DNA from: a virus
Reading direction: 5' to 3' (one strand)
DNA length: 64,000 nt
IMG/VR virus record: IMGVR_UViG_3300033153_007754
Location: 89,501 to 153,500 of that record
In this document: piece by piece, positions 30,427 through 41,110 of the stretch
Layout of the letters: each line of letters starts with the position of its first letter
How positions within the stretch are numbered: position 1 is the stretch's first letter
Position numbers and translations under genes: made by a program
Notes under the pieces: generated by a model
Database searches by the model: none
What the model saw: the letters and a program-made list of their open reading frames with translations, nothing else
Told to the model about the DNA's origin: nothing

Positions 30427-31095
30427 TTAAAACCTTAATTCATGTATGTTAATTTTCAATTCTTTTAGTAGTTTATCAACATCTTTTTTAAATTTCTTAG
30501 GGAAATATAATAGTGATGAATTGGCAATATCTACATACATAATATTACTACCTTTATTCCCAATATTAAATGTTACAGTTTTATTCTCTATAGATGTTGT
30601 TGCTATTTTAATATCACCATTCCGTAATAGTTTCAAAATATTTTTTAAGGATTCCCTTGAAATATCTTCCAATTTTGGCAAATATCTATATTCAATTTTC
30701 ATTTCCTTTGAGTCATTTAATAAGTCTAAGCCATCATTCTCAAATCTTGTCAAGAAAAAGGTAAGTGAATCAAAATAGTTTTGAGTTGAACCGATACGAT
30801 TCTTTTCATTTCTTAACTCGTATTCTTCTGTTATATCATCATTAGAATAAACTAGATATATAACACCATCATCATCAGTAATAAATGAAACATAATTAAA
30901 ATTTTCCTTAATATTATATGCACCATCAGGATTAATAAACATATCAAATAATAGGTTTTCTGTTTCTAAATCTTCAATTATTTTCAAAATAATATTTTTA
31001 ATTTTAGGTGTACTATATTTTTCTAAAATTTCATCTTCTGAATACAGTAAACCTCTTTCTAATACTTGCAAAAATGTATTTAATTCCATGTTCAT
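30427..31095 (-). CDS. Hypothetical protein
   Basis: 222-aa ORF between structural genes. Confidence 0.55.
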   Translation of the reverse strand: MNMELNTFLQVLERGLLYSEDEILEKYSTPKIKNIILKIIEDLETENLLFDMFINPDGAYNIKENFNYVSFITDDDGVIYLVYSNDDITEEYELRNEKNRIGSTQNYFDSLTFFLTRFENDGLDLLNDSKEMKIEYRYLPKLEDISRESLKNILKLLRNGDIKIATTSIENKTVTFNIGNKGSNIMYVDIANSSLLYFPKKFKKDVDKLLKELKINIHELRF

Positions 31096-31101
31096 CCTAT
31101 A

Positions 31102-31130
31102 TAAAAAAACAGGGGTTATATAACCCCTAT
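31102..31130 (-). terminator. Intrinsic terminator after the tail sheath gene
   Basis: AGGGGTTA-TA-TAACCCCT followed by G and a T-run. Confidence 0.7.
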
Positions 31131-31145
31131 CTTAAATATTAAAAA

Positions 31146-33626
31146 TTATAATAATGATTTATTCTTAGCTCTTGCAAAAATACGTTCAATTGCTGTTTTA
31201 TGGTCAATACCATAATCAAGATATAAGTCAGTTGCACCTTCAGTATTGTTAGTTAAATCACACACAACAATAAAAGCATCAATTCCCCTGTTATCTAATT
31301 CATTTTGTAAATATTTAGATACAATTCTTTGTAACTTATCCCTTGTTGGTGCATCATTATCTTCAGCAACAAAAGAATCAACCATTTCATCAATGTAATA
31401 CATACATTCATTATGCTTAAATCGTACGTTAACACGGTTTAATGAGCTTTCTGTGTTTAACCCTGTTTTATTACCTACCTTGACGATACCAGTGTTTTTC
31501 TTGAATATCAATGGATTCACACGTCTTAAATATAACTCATTTGCATCGTCTTTACCAGGTACCCACTCAACCGATTTATAACGACTCGCAACACCTCTAT
31601 TTTTACCAAACACACCTTTTTGTCTTCCATAAACATCCATTGCCTGAATGTCATTTTTTATCATCACAACATTGGATGGAATCCTAATATCTTTATCCCC
31701 ATATTTGTTACTTATATTAAAAAATGTTGGCAAAGTTTCATATGCGTGTCTTGTACTAGAAATACCCCAACCACCAGCATCAAACCATGTTTCAAATGCT
31801 CCAATTATATCAGCATTTAATTGTAAAGAATAAGGTAAATTAAATTTACCAAATGTATCTAATTGTGAATCTATAACAGAAGTATTAACACCTTCATTAA
31901 TGATAGCTAAATCAGCAGCGCTATATGTTCCATTTCCCGTTAAAACAAGTGGACAGGTATATTCTTCCAAACCAAATTGTTTATATGCAGTTAGAACATC
32001 ATTTGCGACAATTGTACCATCAGCACCATTTTCTAATGTAACATCAATATCCAAATGGTTAACCACTTCATCAGGCAAGTTCACAAATATACTAATCAAT
32101 TTAGATTGTGCAATTAACTTATCTTCAATATAGTATCTATTACCATTATCATCCCTTGCCGTAACATCTGTATTAACTGTAACAATAAACTTTTCTGATA
32201 CACTACCATTTGCAACTAAAATTAATAATTCATGGTCTGCGAAAGTTCTGAAATTAACAAGTTTTTTTAATGTTATAGAACCTTCAATTGCATCTTTACC
32301 ATGTATTTGGACTGTTGTTGTATTTCCCCAAATACCTGGTGTTTTAGCAAAAATGATTATATCTTGTAGATTAATATTGCTTTTTAAATTTGTTTCAAAA
32401 GTACTATCGAATGCATCATAAATTTGTTCAGCAGTTCCATAAACATTGTTTACAGATTGATAAGTAATTGGTCTTGAAATAGTTGCATTTACAATATCTT
32501 GATAATAAAACACAGTATCAAATTGTTCAAAGACATCACCAGAATCATATCTTGCTATAATACTACTATTTACACTTATAACGGGTTTCCCTGTTTCACT
32601 TTCTACATACAAAGTAACAACACCATTATCAATTGTATGTGATATATAATTACAACTTATTTTTGTTGTTATATCAACACCAACAGCAGAAGCAGGCGCA
32701 CTAAAAAAATCACTAACAACATCCGTTCCAGCCGAAGGCGCTTCGATTTCAATACCTGAAACAGTACTGATTTTATCTGAGGATAATACTAAAAAATTGT
32801 TTGAATCAACACTTGCGATATCAACACCAACAGTAGTATTAATTGCACTAATTAAAGATGCTGTATCAGTAACAGTAGATAAATCAATGTCACCATCAAA
32901 ATCAGTTCCATTTAATACTATACCAATAGCATCTCCACCAACACCAGTAAATAAAGAAGCATCTACATCACCTGTTATAATAGCTCTGGAATCACCATCT
33001 TCATCAATATATAATTTATCGTCACTATCTACACTTAAGGAAGCGCCATAAAATTTAAATTTAGAAGTGTTTAGTGGATTATTTGTCACATGGCTTTCAA
33101 CCACATATGGAATCATACCACCATTTGTAACTTCTAAATTAGAAACACCATCAGTAATTGTAATATCAGTTAAATTCTTTACAAAAACTTTTACAGAATC
33201 AACATCATATTCTTCAACTTTAACAAGTGTTACAGCATTGCCATCTATAGCATAAGTAGTAGTACTTAACATGTTAGATAAAACAGTATTAGAAACTATT
33301 AATTCAAAAACAAATGATGGCAAACTATTTGTTATATTTTTCAATGCTGTTTTGGTTGTACCATCATTAAAGGCTCGGGAAACACTAACAATCGAATCCT
33401 GAGACATATAATCAACCACATGCCAATCTTGTATTACATTAGATTTATCACCATCACCAAAAACAGAAGTAAAATTACTATTACTAACATCAATTGGTCG
33501 ACCGATAAAACCTTTTTCAAACGCCCCAGAAAAACCAACTTTTTCGTCTATCACTACCGCAGATGGTGTACTTTCGTCAGGTACTTCTGAAGAATAAACC
33601 CCAGCAATATTTAATACTTTTGCCAT
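31146..33626 (-). CDS. Contractile tail sheath (T4 gp18-like), enlarged
   Basis: AGVYSSE, GAFEKG, AKTPGIWGN, GKNRG, LYLRRVNP, LNRVNVR, VVCDLTNNT. Confidence 0.92.
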   Translation of the reverse strand: MAKVLNIAGVYSSEVPDESTPSAVVIDEKVGFSGAFEKGFIGRPIDVSNSNFTSVFGDGDKSNVIQDWHVVDYMSQDSIVSVSRAFNDGTTKTALKNITNSLPSFVFELIVSNTVLSNMLSTTTYAIDGNAVTLVKVEEYDVDSVKVFVKNLTDITITDGVSNLEVTNGGMIPYVVESHVTNNPLNTSKFKFYGASLSVDSDDKLYIDEDGDSRAIITGDVDASLFTGVGGDAIGIVLNGTDFDGDIDLSTVTDTASLISAINTTVGVDIASVDSNNFLVLSSDKISTVSGIEIEAPSAGTDVVSDFFSAPASAVGVDITTKISCNYISHTIDNGVVTLYVESETGKPVISVNSSIIARYDSGDVFEQFDTVFYYQDIVNATISRPITYQSVNNVYGTAEQIYDAFDSTFETNLKSNINLQDIIIFAKTPGIWGNTTTVQIHGKDAIEGSITLKKLVNFRTFADHELLILVANGSVSEKFIVTVNTDVTARDDNGNRYYIEDKLIAQSKLISIFVNLPDEVVNHLDIDVTLENGADGTIVANDVLTAYKQFGLEEYTCPLVLTGNGTYSAADLAIINEGVNTSVIDSQLDTFGKFNLPYSLQLNADIIGAFETWFDAGGWGISSTRHAYETLPTFFNISNKYGDKDIRIPSNVVMIKNDIQAMDVYGRQKGVFGKNRGVASRYKSVEWVPGKDDANELYLRRVNPLIFKKNTGIVKVGNKTGLNTESSLNRVNVRFKHNECMYYIDEMVDSFVAEDNDAPTRDKLQRIVSKYLQNELDNRGIDAFIVVCDLTNNTEGATDLYLDYGIDHKTAIERIFARAKNKSLL

Positions 33627-33639
33627 ATCTATTTACCTC

Positions 33640-34269
33640 TTATTCAAATTCATTGTTAAAGTTATCTTTACTTATATCAGACAATTTTCCAAAATAGCTA
33701 TTTATGGAATCCAACACATCTGTTAAACCAACTAATGGTATATATTTTTGTTTAGAATATAAAAAAGTTACAGTATATTCCGATACTGATTCTGTATCTT
33801 CACTATTATTTTCAATTTCACTAATTTCTTGTATAAAACAATCTTTTAATAACCATCCATAAACAGGGTTACTCTTAGTATCTCGTTGTACTAATTTTAT
33901 ATCAGCCGTCTTACCATCAAGAATTAAATCACCATTGTCATCAAAATAACTGTTCGATTCCATCCATGCTTGAAAGAATGGTTTTAAAATATGTTTCGGG
34001 TCATTGGATACTGTAATAGTGAAAGGGGAAACTTCCATACTACCAGACAAATGAACTGTATGTCCTTTCCATTTAAATGTTGTAACATTCATAGACGTGG
34101 ATGGCTGATTCATGCTTTTAACTAATGTCATAGCACGAGTTAGCGAGTCTGTTGGTAATTCAATACCTAAAGCACTAGATAACCCTAAAATTTCACCAAT
34201 CGAAATTTCATATTGGCCAGCCCGAAGCCCCTGTGATAAAATATTTTTATAATCTCTTGCTTTACTCAT
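33640..34269 (-). CDS. Tail tube protein (T4 gp19-like)
   Basis: GLRAGQYEI, FTITVSND, FFQAWM, VSEYTVTFLYS; adjacent to the sheath. Confidence 0.85.
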   Translation of the reverse strand: MSKARDYKNILSQGLRAGQYEISIGEILGLSSALGIELPTDSLTRAMTLVKSMNQPSTSMNVTTFKWKGHTVHLSGSMEVSPFTITVSNDPKHILKPFFQAWMESNSYFDDNGDLILDGKTADIKLVQRDTKSNPVYGWLLKDCFIQEISEIENNSEDTESVSEYTVTFLYSKQKYIPLVGLTDVLDSINSYFGKLSDISKDNFNNEFE

Positions 34270-34306
34270 TTATTTAACTCCTTTTTTACTTTCTATAACA
34301 TATTTA

Positions 34307-37300
34307 TTATTTGAATTTTTCTACTGTATCAATCACAACATTGTAATCAGTTCGATTTAAAGTATTTTCATCAGGATTTATATATTTAAAATCAAACTTT
34401 CTTTTAACAAGGTAATTTCCTTTATCAGTTTCTTTCTTACCATTATTCAAATAAAAATAAAACATTTGTTCAATCATTCTAATAAATTTATCACGTTTAC
34501 CAATACCCAAATCTTCAATTTCACTTAATTCAGCTCCATATACAAATTCTAAAATTGGCTCCATATATGAAAGTACTTTATGTAATGGTAATTTATTAGC
34601 TTTTAATATAGTTTTTTCATCATTCACAAACATAGTAAAAGATAGGTTGTATAAGTTAGCGTCTGTTTTCTTTGCACGTTTAAGAAGCATATTTACACTT
34701 AAAACATTTTCACCACTAATTGGTTCAAAATTATCATAATCACCTTCATTTGCCATAAAATTCAAACTATAAGTTTTATTAATTTCGGTAACAGGATAAT
34801 CGTATTGACTTATTGTTCCATCCCTTGAATCAAAAACAAAAGGGAATCCTTTCCCAGTTTTACTTTTCCCATCTCTCCATGTACCATTCAAATCAGATAA
34901 ATCACCAATTAATGTAACTATATCACTTTTATTTGTGATTTTATTTTTAACACCTTTTACCTCATCAAGTATACCATCAATAATAAAATCAGTTCCTTCT
35001 TCACCCATAGAAACGACTATTTTACTTTCTATATCAGTCACTAAATTTTCTGTTGGTGAAAATGTACTATTTCGGATATAAGGACCGATTTCGTCATAAA
35101 AGTTTTCATCCTTTTTATACCAATATTTTAATGCATTAAATATTGCAATTTTTGTTGCACCTTTATAGAGCCCTGTAATTAAACTTGAAAAACGGTAATC
35201 TCTCTTCAATGCACCTTCATGTTCAACAACAGAGTTGTTATGTCGTACAATATTATCAATAAGCATTTTAAGGAATTTCTCAAAAAACAAAGTACCTTCT
35301 TTTTGTGAAATAACGCTATTTTTAATTAAATCTTTTCTTATTCTTTGGAAGTCAAAAACATGTAAAAAATTATTATCACTTCTTATTGCTAAATCGTGTT
35401 TCTTAATGAATTTGTCGGCAAGCTTATTATTACCTGAAAATATACCATAAGATTCATCAAATGCATCTGCAGGGTGGTATTTATCTACAGTATCCATGAA
35501 GCTTGCATCAAATATTTCCACACCTTTATCATCAGATATACTGCCTAATAATATCATTATAATCTCTTGCTTTTCGTCAACATCAAAGTATAAATCACTA
35601 ACTTCAATTATCATTTCAGCAAAATTAGAATCAATTAAACCTGCGTTTTTCCCCATTAAAACATATTTTGCTACATGAGGTTGGGATACTACAAAGTTAC
35701 GCAAACCATTCGATAACATCTTATTACGATATTGGGATGTAAACCCAACTTTTTTATCAAGTTTATCAAAGCCATATTTTCGACCTGTTTTAATAACATC
35801 ATCATAACGTAAATCAATAAATGGGTATAAACCAATACCAAATAACGCACCCATATCATTACTATTTTCGTATGCAAATTCTATATATTCCTTATAATTC
35901 TTTTCTGTTATATTTGGTAGAACATGTTTAGTTAAGAAATCACCAAATCCAATGTGACTAAAAGCAGCAAGATATGTTTTAAAATCATTAGATTTCTTCC
36001 TGAAAAATTTAAGATATGGGTATACATCATCACTCAATCTGGTGCTATCAGAAATCCTATCAAATAAATCACCTGTTTCACTATTTATCTTTCTAAAATA
36101 TTTTTTGAATTTACTAAATACATGCATATCATTCCAATCCATTATTGACGAATTTTTATGAAAAAACATTTCAGCAATATTGGTTGCTTGTACAATAGTT
36201 CTCAAATCTACTAACCCATTTTTCACACCATTTAATAAGATATTAGCAAGTGATATATGTGTATCACCAAACCACCCTTTATCGTTTGCCTTATCAACAA
36301 ACTTCTTGGCATTTGGTAATACATGGTAATCACCCCATTCTTGAATGCCATACGTAACTAAACGATTTAAAACAACAGCCAACTGGTTGATGTCTTTCAT
36401 TAATAATTCCTTTATCTCTTCTACTTTCCTAACTTCATCGTCAAATGGGTTTTCAAACATTTGTATAAGATACCCAAAACTATATGTATCCAGAAGATGA
36501 CCTTTGTTATCAACACTCTTTAATTCAACGTCATCAGCCTTTTCAGGTGTATCCAATGGTGTTGATGGTGTTGGTATTGTTGCCGGTGATGGTGCTTTGA
36601 TTTCAGGCTCAGAAGGTTGGGTTACTGTTACAGGTTCAATAGGTTTAACCGGTGTTTCAAGTTCTTTGGCAATATCTTCTTCTGGTTCTACGATTCTAGG
36701 TGTTTTATCTACTAAATACCAAGCCTTCCTTTTACCACCCCATCTAAAACCAAAAGATTTGATTTTATTCTTATGTTTATAAGTGTCACCAGAAACCCAC
36801 ATCCAAGTTCCATCCAATTTTATTTCCAACCCATCTAAATTCTTTAATCCTTTATATGCTTCCCATTGTTTTTGGCTTAATTCATCTGTATTTAAACCAC
36901 TTGCATCAATATTTGCATCTGGAACATCTGTTATCACAACTTCTTCAGTATCCTCAATTGGTGCTTCAACTTTCCAATTTTCAATATCACTTTTAAATAA
37001 AGAATTGTATATATTTGCATCTGGAAAAGAATCTTTTAATAATTTTTTTTGTGCTTTTAGTGTATTAAAAAACAAATCTGAATAAGTAATATCTCTATAA
37101 AACTTATCAATATTACTATCACCAATATTTTCCATGTGTATTTGTAAAAACTTACCAACATTTTCCACATTTTCAGGCGTCACAGAAACATCACTTAAAG
37201 ATAACATAGCAAAATAATCATATACTTCATCTTGTGTTAAATAATCATTCAAATTTGTATATAATACATTTAATTCTGTCTCTGGTAATTTACCTCCCAT

Positions 37301-37459
37301 GAATTGGAATATTTTACCCTCAATTTTTTCAAAATTATCATCTAATATTTTTTTTGGGTTAAAATCGGTAAAGAAATCATTAAATTGGTCGTAATCATCC
37401 AAATTAACCATTTCAAATAAAAATTCATTATTATGCTTCATTATCATTTCCCTCATCAA
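34307..37459 (-). CDS. Large multidomain protein, probably virion-associated
   Basis: About 1050 aa; Pro/Glu-rich linker; small domain WMWVSGDTYKHKNKIKSFGFRWGGKRKAWY. Confidence 0.6.
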   Translation of the reverse strand: MMREMIMKHNNEFLFEMVNLDDYDQFNDFFTDFNPKKILDDNFEKIEGKIFQFMGGKLPETELNVLYTNLNDYLTQDEVYDYFAMLSLSDVSVTPENVENVGKFLQIHMENIGDSNIDKFYRDITYSDLFFNTLKAQKKLLKDSFPDANIYNSLFKSDIENWKVEAPIEDTEEVVITDVPDANIDASGLNTDELSQKQWEAYKGLKNLDGLEIKLDGTWMWVSGDTYKHKNKIKSFGFRWGGKRKAWYLVDKTPRIVEPEEDIAKELETPVKPIEPVTVTQPSEPEIKAPSPATIPTPSTPLDTPEKADDVELKSVDNKGHLLDTYSFGYLIQMFENPFDDEVRKVEEIKELLMKDINQLAVVLNRLVTYGIQEWGDYHVLPNAKKFVDKANDKGWFGDTHISLANILLNGVKNGLVDLRTIVQATNIAEMFFHKNSSIMDWNDMHVFSKFKKYFRKINSETGDLFDRISDSTRLSDDVYPYLKFFRKKSNDFKTYLAAFSHIGFGDFLTKHVLPNITEKNYKEYIEFAYENSNDMGALFGIGLYPFIDLRYDDVIKTGRKYGFDKLDKKVGFTSQYRNKMLSNGLRNFVVSQPHVAKYVLMGKNAGLIDSNFAEMIIEVSDLYFDVDEKQEIIMILLGSISDDKGVEIFDASFMDTVDKYHPADAFDESYGIFSGNNKLADKFIKKHDLAIRSDNNFLHVFDFQRIRKDLIKNSVISQKEGTLFFEKFLKMLIDNIVRHNNSVVEHEGALKRDYRFSSLITGLYKGATKIAIFNALKYWYKKDENFYDEIGPYIRNSTFSPTENLVTDIESKIVVSMGEEGTDFIIDGILDEVKGVKNKITNKSDIVTLIGDLSDLNGTWRDGKSKTGKGFPFVFDSRDGTISQYDYPVTEINKTYSLNFMANEGDYDNFEPISGENVLSVNMLLKRAKKTDANLYNLSFTMFVNDEKTILKANKLPLHKVLSYMEPILEFVYGAELSEIEDLGIGKRDKFIRMIEQMFYFYLNNGKKETDKGNYLVKRKFDFKYINPDENTLNRTDYNVVIDTVEKFK

Positions 37460-38438
37460 TAATTTCTTTATAGTCTTTTAAAAATTCTTTTAAATAATAT
37501 CTATCATTTTCCTTTAATTTAATACTTAAATCTTGCACTATACTACTACTATCATAGAAAAACTGTCTACCTTCAGGGGATTTATTAAGTCTTACATTCT
37601 CTATTTTCATTAAATTATAATTCATAATTAATACATCATTTACATATACTTTTGCTTTAACAGACAAAGGGTATTCTATTCCATGTGTACTTCTATCATC
37701 AGGATAAGAATACATTTGAAATTTACTTAATATTTTTTTTACTATTTCGATTTCTTTTGTTGTTGTTGGAATCAACCTAAAATCAAATTCAGGTTCCCTT
37801 CTCGCAATATCATTAAATTTCAAATAATCAGAATCGATTTTTGGATTTATACCTTTAAAAGATTTCAACATTTCATGTGCATCAGCCAGTTTACCAGCAA
37901 CCGAACCAATGGCTTTACCAACTTTAGGTATTAAATTAAATAAATTAGATTTCGCCAATTTCTTCATTCCAATATCTTTTAATAAGTCTTCTTTTTTCAT
38001 TAAAACATCAATCAAACCTTCATTTTCAGTTTTATTTTTTAATAAATTTGCAACCATCCCTATTAAACCAGCATCTTCAACACTCCAATCTAAATCGATA
38101 CTATTTATAATTTCCATATCAACAGGAAAAAACAATAAAATCCTATCATAAATTTCAATTTTTGGTATAAATATTTCTTTAATAATATCTTTATTTTTGG
38201 TGTTTTTTTTGATTACTTCTTGACCACAACTTTCATAGTTAGCTTTTTTATTAGGATTCGTTTTAGTAACAAATTTAACAGCTTCAAGACCTAGTTCTTT
38301 TAAACTATCAATGCTTACTTTTTTTTCAGAAACATTTTTATAAAAAGTAAATTCAATATAAGTTCCACCATCACTAACATTCTCAGGAAATTCCAGTAAC
38401 GTTTTATCTTTGATTTTTTCAGGTTGTTTTTTCGCCAT
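37431..38438 (-). CDS. Baseplate tail-tube cap (T4 gp48-like)
   Basis: LEFPEN...YIEFTFY, RREPEFDFRLIP...IKKI-like segment, YSYP...IEYP, LSIKLKE. Confidence 0.75.
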   Translation of the reverse strand: MAKKQPEKIKDKTLLEFPENVSDGGTYIEFTFYKNVSEKKVSIDSLKELGLEAVKFVTKTNPNKKANYESCGQEVIKKNTKNKDIIKEIFIPKIEIYDRILLFFPVDMEIINSIDLDWSVEDAGLIGMVANLLKNKTENEGLIDVLMKKEDLLKDIGMKKLAKSNLFNLIPKVGKAIGSVAGKLADAHEMLKSFKGINPKIDSDYLKFNDIARREPEFDFRLIPTTTKEIEIVKKILSKFQMYSYPDDRSTHGIEYPLSVKAKVYVNDVLIMNYNLMKIENVRLNKSPEGRQFFYDSSSIVQDLSIKLKENDRYYLKEFLKDYKEIIDEGNDNEA

Positions 38439-38523
38439 ACAATATAACCTTATTGCAATTAATAAAGTTATTTATGTTTTTTTTAGGGGATTGCTTTTTA
38501 TTTCACAATAATAAAAAAATATA

Positions 38524-38552
38524 TTGCAAAACTAAATTGTATGCGTTATAAT
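38524..38552 (+). promoter_or_regulatory. Sigma70-type promoter of the cas operon
   Basis: TTGCAA-17 nt-TATAAT, then GAGGT RBS before cas6. Confidence 0.7.
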
Positions 38553-38589
38553 GTGTACGTTGATTAACCACCTTTTTTGAGGTATAAAC

Positions 38590-39282
38590 ATGAAGATTTC
38601 AATAAAATTTAAGTTCACAATACAAATGGATGAATACTGGATAAGCAAACAATACAGAAGAGGTATCGTATCTCTTTTAAAAGATTTATTTGATTCTGCT
38701 GGAATTGATTTATTTAAAACAAACCAGAGAAAGCCGTATACGTTTTCAGTCAAATTCCCTAAATTCGATAAAACAACCAAAACCAATTTCATAACTAGTG
38801 AAAATTGGTTTTGGGTAAACTTTTCAGCTTATGATGATGCAATAGCAAAAAGTATAAAGTCTGAAATATATAAGATTAAATTTTTATCTGCCTTTGGTAA
38901 AGAAATATATGTAGATAAAGTAACTATTAAAGAACAAGATATAATTACAAAAAATGTTATTTTATTTAAAACATTTTCTCCTATTTTAGTAAAGGATGAA
39001 AATGGTAAAAGATTTTTAAATGATTTTAATAAAGATGTTTTTAAACAAAGGTTAATTACCAATATTAAAAATGGATATGAACAATTCACCACCGAAAAAG
39101 CAGGAAGGGTTGATGTATCTTTTAAAAAAGGTAATATGACTGTTGCTGAAACTTATGGTGGTGAAATAGGTTATAAAGGAATCATTAAACTTTTTGCACA
39201 TTCTGATGTTTTACAATTTGTTTATGAAAGTGGAATTGGAAATAAAACAGGCCAAGGCTACGGAATGTTGGAGATATTATGA
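38590..39282 (+). CDS. cas6: CRISPR-associated endoribonuclease Cas6
   Basis: KPYTFSV, FKTFSPILV and C-terminal G-loop GIGNKTGQGYGM. Confidence 0.9.
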   Translation: MKISIKFKFTIQMDEYWISKQYRRGIVSLLKDLFDSAGIDLFKTNQRKPYTFSVKFPKFDKTTKTNFITSENWFWVNFSAYDDAIAKSIKSEIYKIKFLSAFGKEIYVDKVTIKEQDIITKNVILFKTFSPILVKDENGKRFLNDFNKDVFKQRLITNIKNGYEQFTTEKAGRVDVSFKKGNMTVAETYGGEIGYKGIIKLFAHSDVLQFVYESGIGNKTGQGYGMLEIL

Positions 39283-39911
39283 AAACTATTAAATTTATAT
39301 CAAAACATCTAACCAAACTGGATTCTGATGTTAGTGGTAAATGTGCTATTTGTGGGGAAGAACATATTGGTTTCAAACTAAAAAAAGTTCTTTCAGCGAA
39401 TTTTAATGATTGGAAATACATCAAAGATGGTAGTACAAAACATGTTTGTGTTGATTGCCAAAGTTGCTTGGGTTCTAAAAACTTTGATGGAAAAGCATTA
39501 AGAAATTATTCTGTTATTATTACAAAAAAAGAAATTAAAAAAATTAAAAGGTCTGACATATTAGAAGTCATTAGAAATCCATTAAAAGAATTTGTTATTA
39601 TAGTTAATTTTTCTCAAAAAAAACACGCTTTTTGGGATGCAAAAATAAATAACAATAAAAGACACACATATATAGCAACAGACAAGGGAAGTTATATTTT
39701 AAATAATAAAAACTTTTTAGAACTATACAATGATTTATTTACATTGTATGAAATGAAAATAAGTAAAACTGAAATGAGGAGTGGAAAATACAATTTTATA
39801 AATTTAATGAAAAACAATAATATTTTTGATATTGATAATAAAATAAAAAAACAACGAGGTACAAACAATTTTGATTTTGCCATTTGGTTGTTACATAAGG
39901 AGGAAAAATGA
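39279..39911 (+). CDS. csf1: Type IV large subunit Csf1 (Cas8-like)
   Basis: CAICG...SANFNDW...VCVDC zinc finger, QKKHAFW; context. Confidence 0.75.
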   Translation: MKTIKFISKHLTKLDSDVSGKCAICGEEHIGFKLKKVLSANFNDWKYIKDGSTKHVCVDCQSCLGSKNFDGKALRNYSVIITKKEIKKIKRSDILEVIRNPLKEFVIIVNFSQKKHAFWDAKINNNKRHTYIATDKGSYILNNKNFLELYNDLFTLYEMKISKTEMRSGKYNFINLMKNNNIFDIDNKIKKQRGTNNFDFAIWLLHKEEK

Positions 39912-41110
39912 TTAAAGTAGATTACAATTTTACAACAACAACACCAGTTCACACAGGGGCCGACACTAATATGGGAACACTAAAGTCTTTAAGAAGACAG
40001 AAGGTTATATTAAAAAAGGCAAAGACTGAAAAAACAAAATACAACACTGAAATGAGAAGGGAAGCATTAAGAGATATTCTTTTTGCAGTTTATAGTAAAA
40101 TTGATAAAGACCAAATTAAAGGAAAAAGATTAATGAAGATTTGGGATGAATTTCATTCCAAAGTTTTACAAGCTGCAACAGCATCAAATAAAATTCAGTT
40201 CTTAAACCGATTATCTCAACTTTGGGATATTAAATCGATTGATGACACCCTGATTTTACAACATTTGGACTATATGTCAGACAGTGAATTATTACAAACT
40301 GTGAGAGACGAAAGCATTTATCTTGTTTTATCTGTTAGAAAATTAAGAGATGACAAAAAGAATAAAGTAAAGAAGACAAAAAATAATCTATTTAGTAACA
40401 TTGAAGAAAAAAAAGAGGTTGAAATTAAAAAATATTATGACCTTGTTCCAGCAATTTCAGGGAATTCAATTAGAGGTATTTTAAGAAGAATTTCCATGAA
40501 GGATTTTGTTGATAGGGTTGGTATAACAAAACTACCAAAAGACTTGTATCATATTCTATTTACTGGTGGAGTACTAGATAGTTCAACCCAATTTGAAAAC
40601 TTAGATAGAAGAGAATCTTTTATAAAAAATAACCCACTTGTAGCCGTTTTTGGTTCTGCTATTGGAAATATGACAATTGAAGGTTTATTATCTGTTGGAT
40701 GGGCTTACCCAAAATGTTTAGAGATGGGTACAAGTGATAAATCTTACTGGACTTATCTTGATACAGTTTTTCAAACAAGAAGGGATGATTCAGAAATTCA
40801 ACACTTTTTGGAATTAGAACAAGGGCATCCTGGAACATCACAAATGAAATATGAATATGAGGTTTTTGCAACAGGAACACCTTTTACACATGCATTTAGA
40901 TTCATGGAACTTGATGATATTACAACATCAGCTTTTTGGAGGGTATTGGAGTTATTTAAAGAAAACAGTAGTATTGGTGGAATGAAAGCAATTGGTAACT
41001 CATATATAGATTTATCAGAAATCAAAATACCAAAAAATGCAAGTAAATTATATTTGGATTATTTAGAAAAAAATAAAAAAACAATAAAAGATTTTTTCGG
41101 GAACTTATAA
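39908..41110 (+). CDS. csf2: Type IV backbone Csf2 (Cas7) with an internal Cas11-like helical insertion
   Basis: TTTTPVHTG, VPAISGNSIRGILRR, LFTGG, NPLVAVFG, IGGMKAIG G-loop; about 105-aa helical insert at roughly aa 47-150. Confidence 0.85.
   Translation: MIKVDYNFTTTTPVHTGADTNMGTLKSLRRQKVILKKAKTEKTKYNTEMRREALRDILFAVYSKIDKDQIKGKRLMKIWDEFHSKVLQAATASNKIQFLNRLSQLWDIKSIDDTLILQHLDYMSDSELLQTVRDESIYLVLSVRKLRDDKKNKVKKTKNNLFSNIEEKKEVEIKKYYDLVPAISGNSIRGILRRISMKDFVDRVGITKLPKDLYHILFTGGVLDSSTQFENLDRRESFIKNNPLVAVFGSAIGNMTIEGLLSVGWAYPKCLEMGTSDKSYWTYLDTVFQTRRDDSEIQHFLELEQGHPGTSQMKYEYEVFATGTPFTHAFRFMELDDITTSAFWRVLELFKENSSIGGMKAIGNSYIDLSEIKIPKNASKLYLDYLEKNKKTIKDFFGNL

Noticed and set aside
40052-40357. Cas11 made from an internal start within csf2, as in some type I systems
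   Set aside because: No clear RBS before Met49 and no stop after the insert, so a free Cas11 would not be produced.
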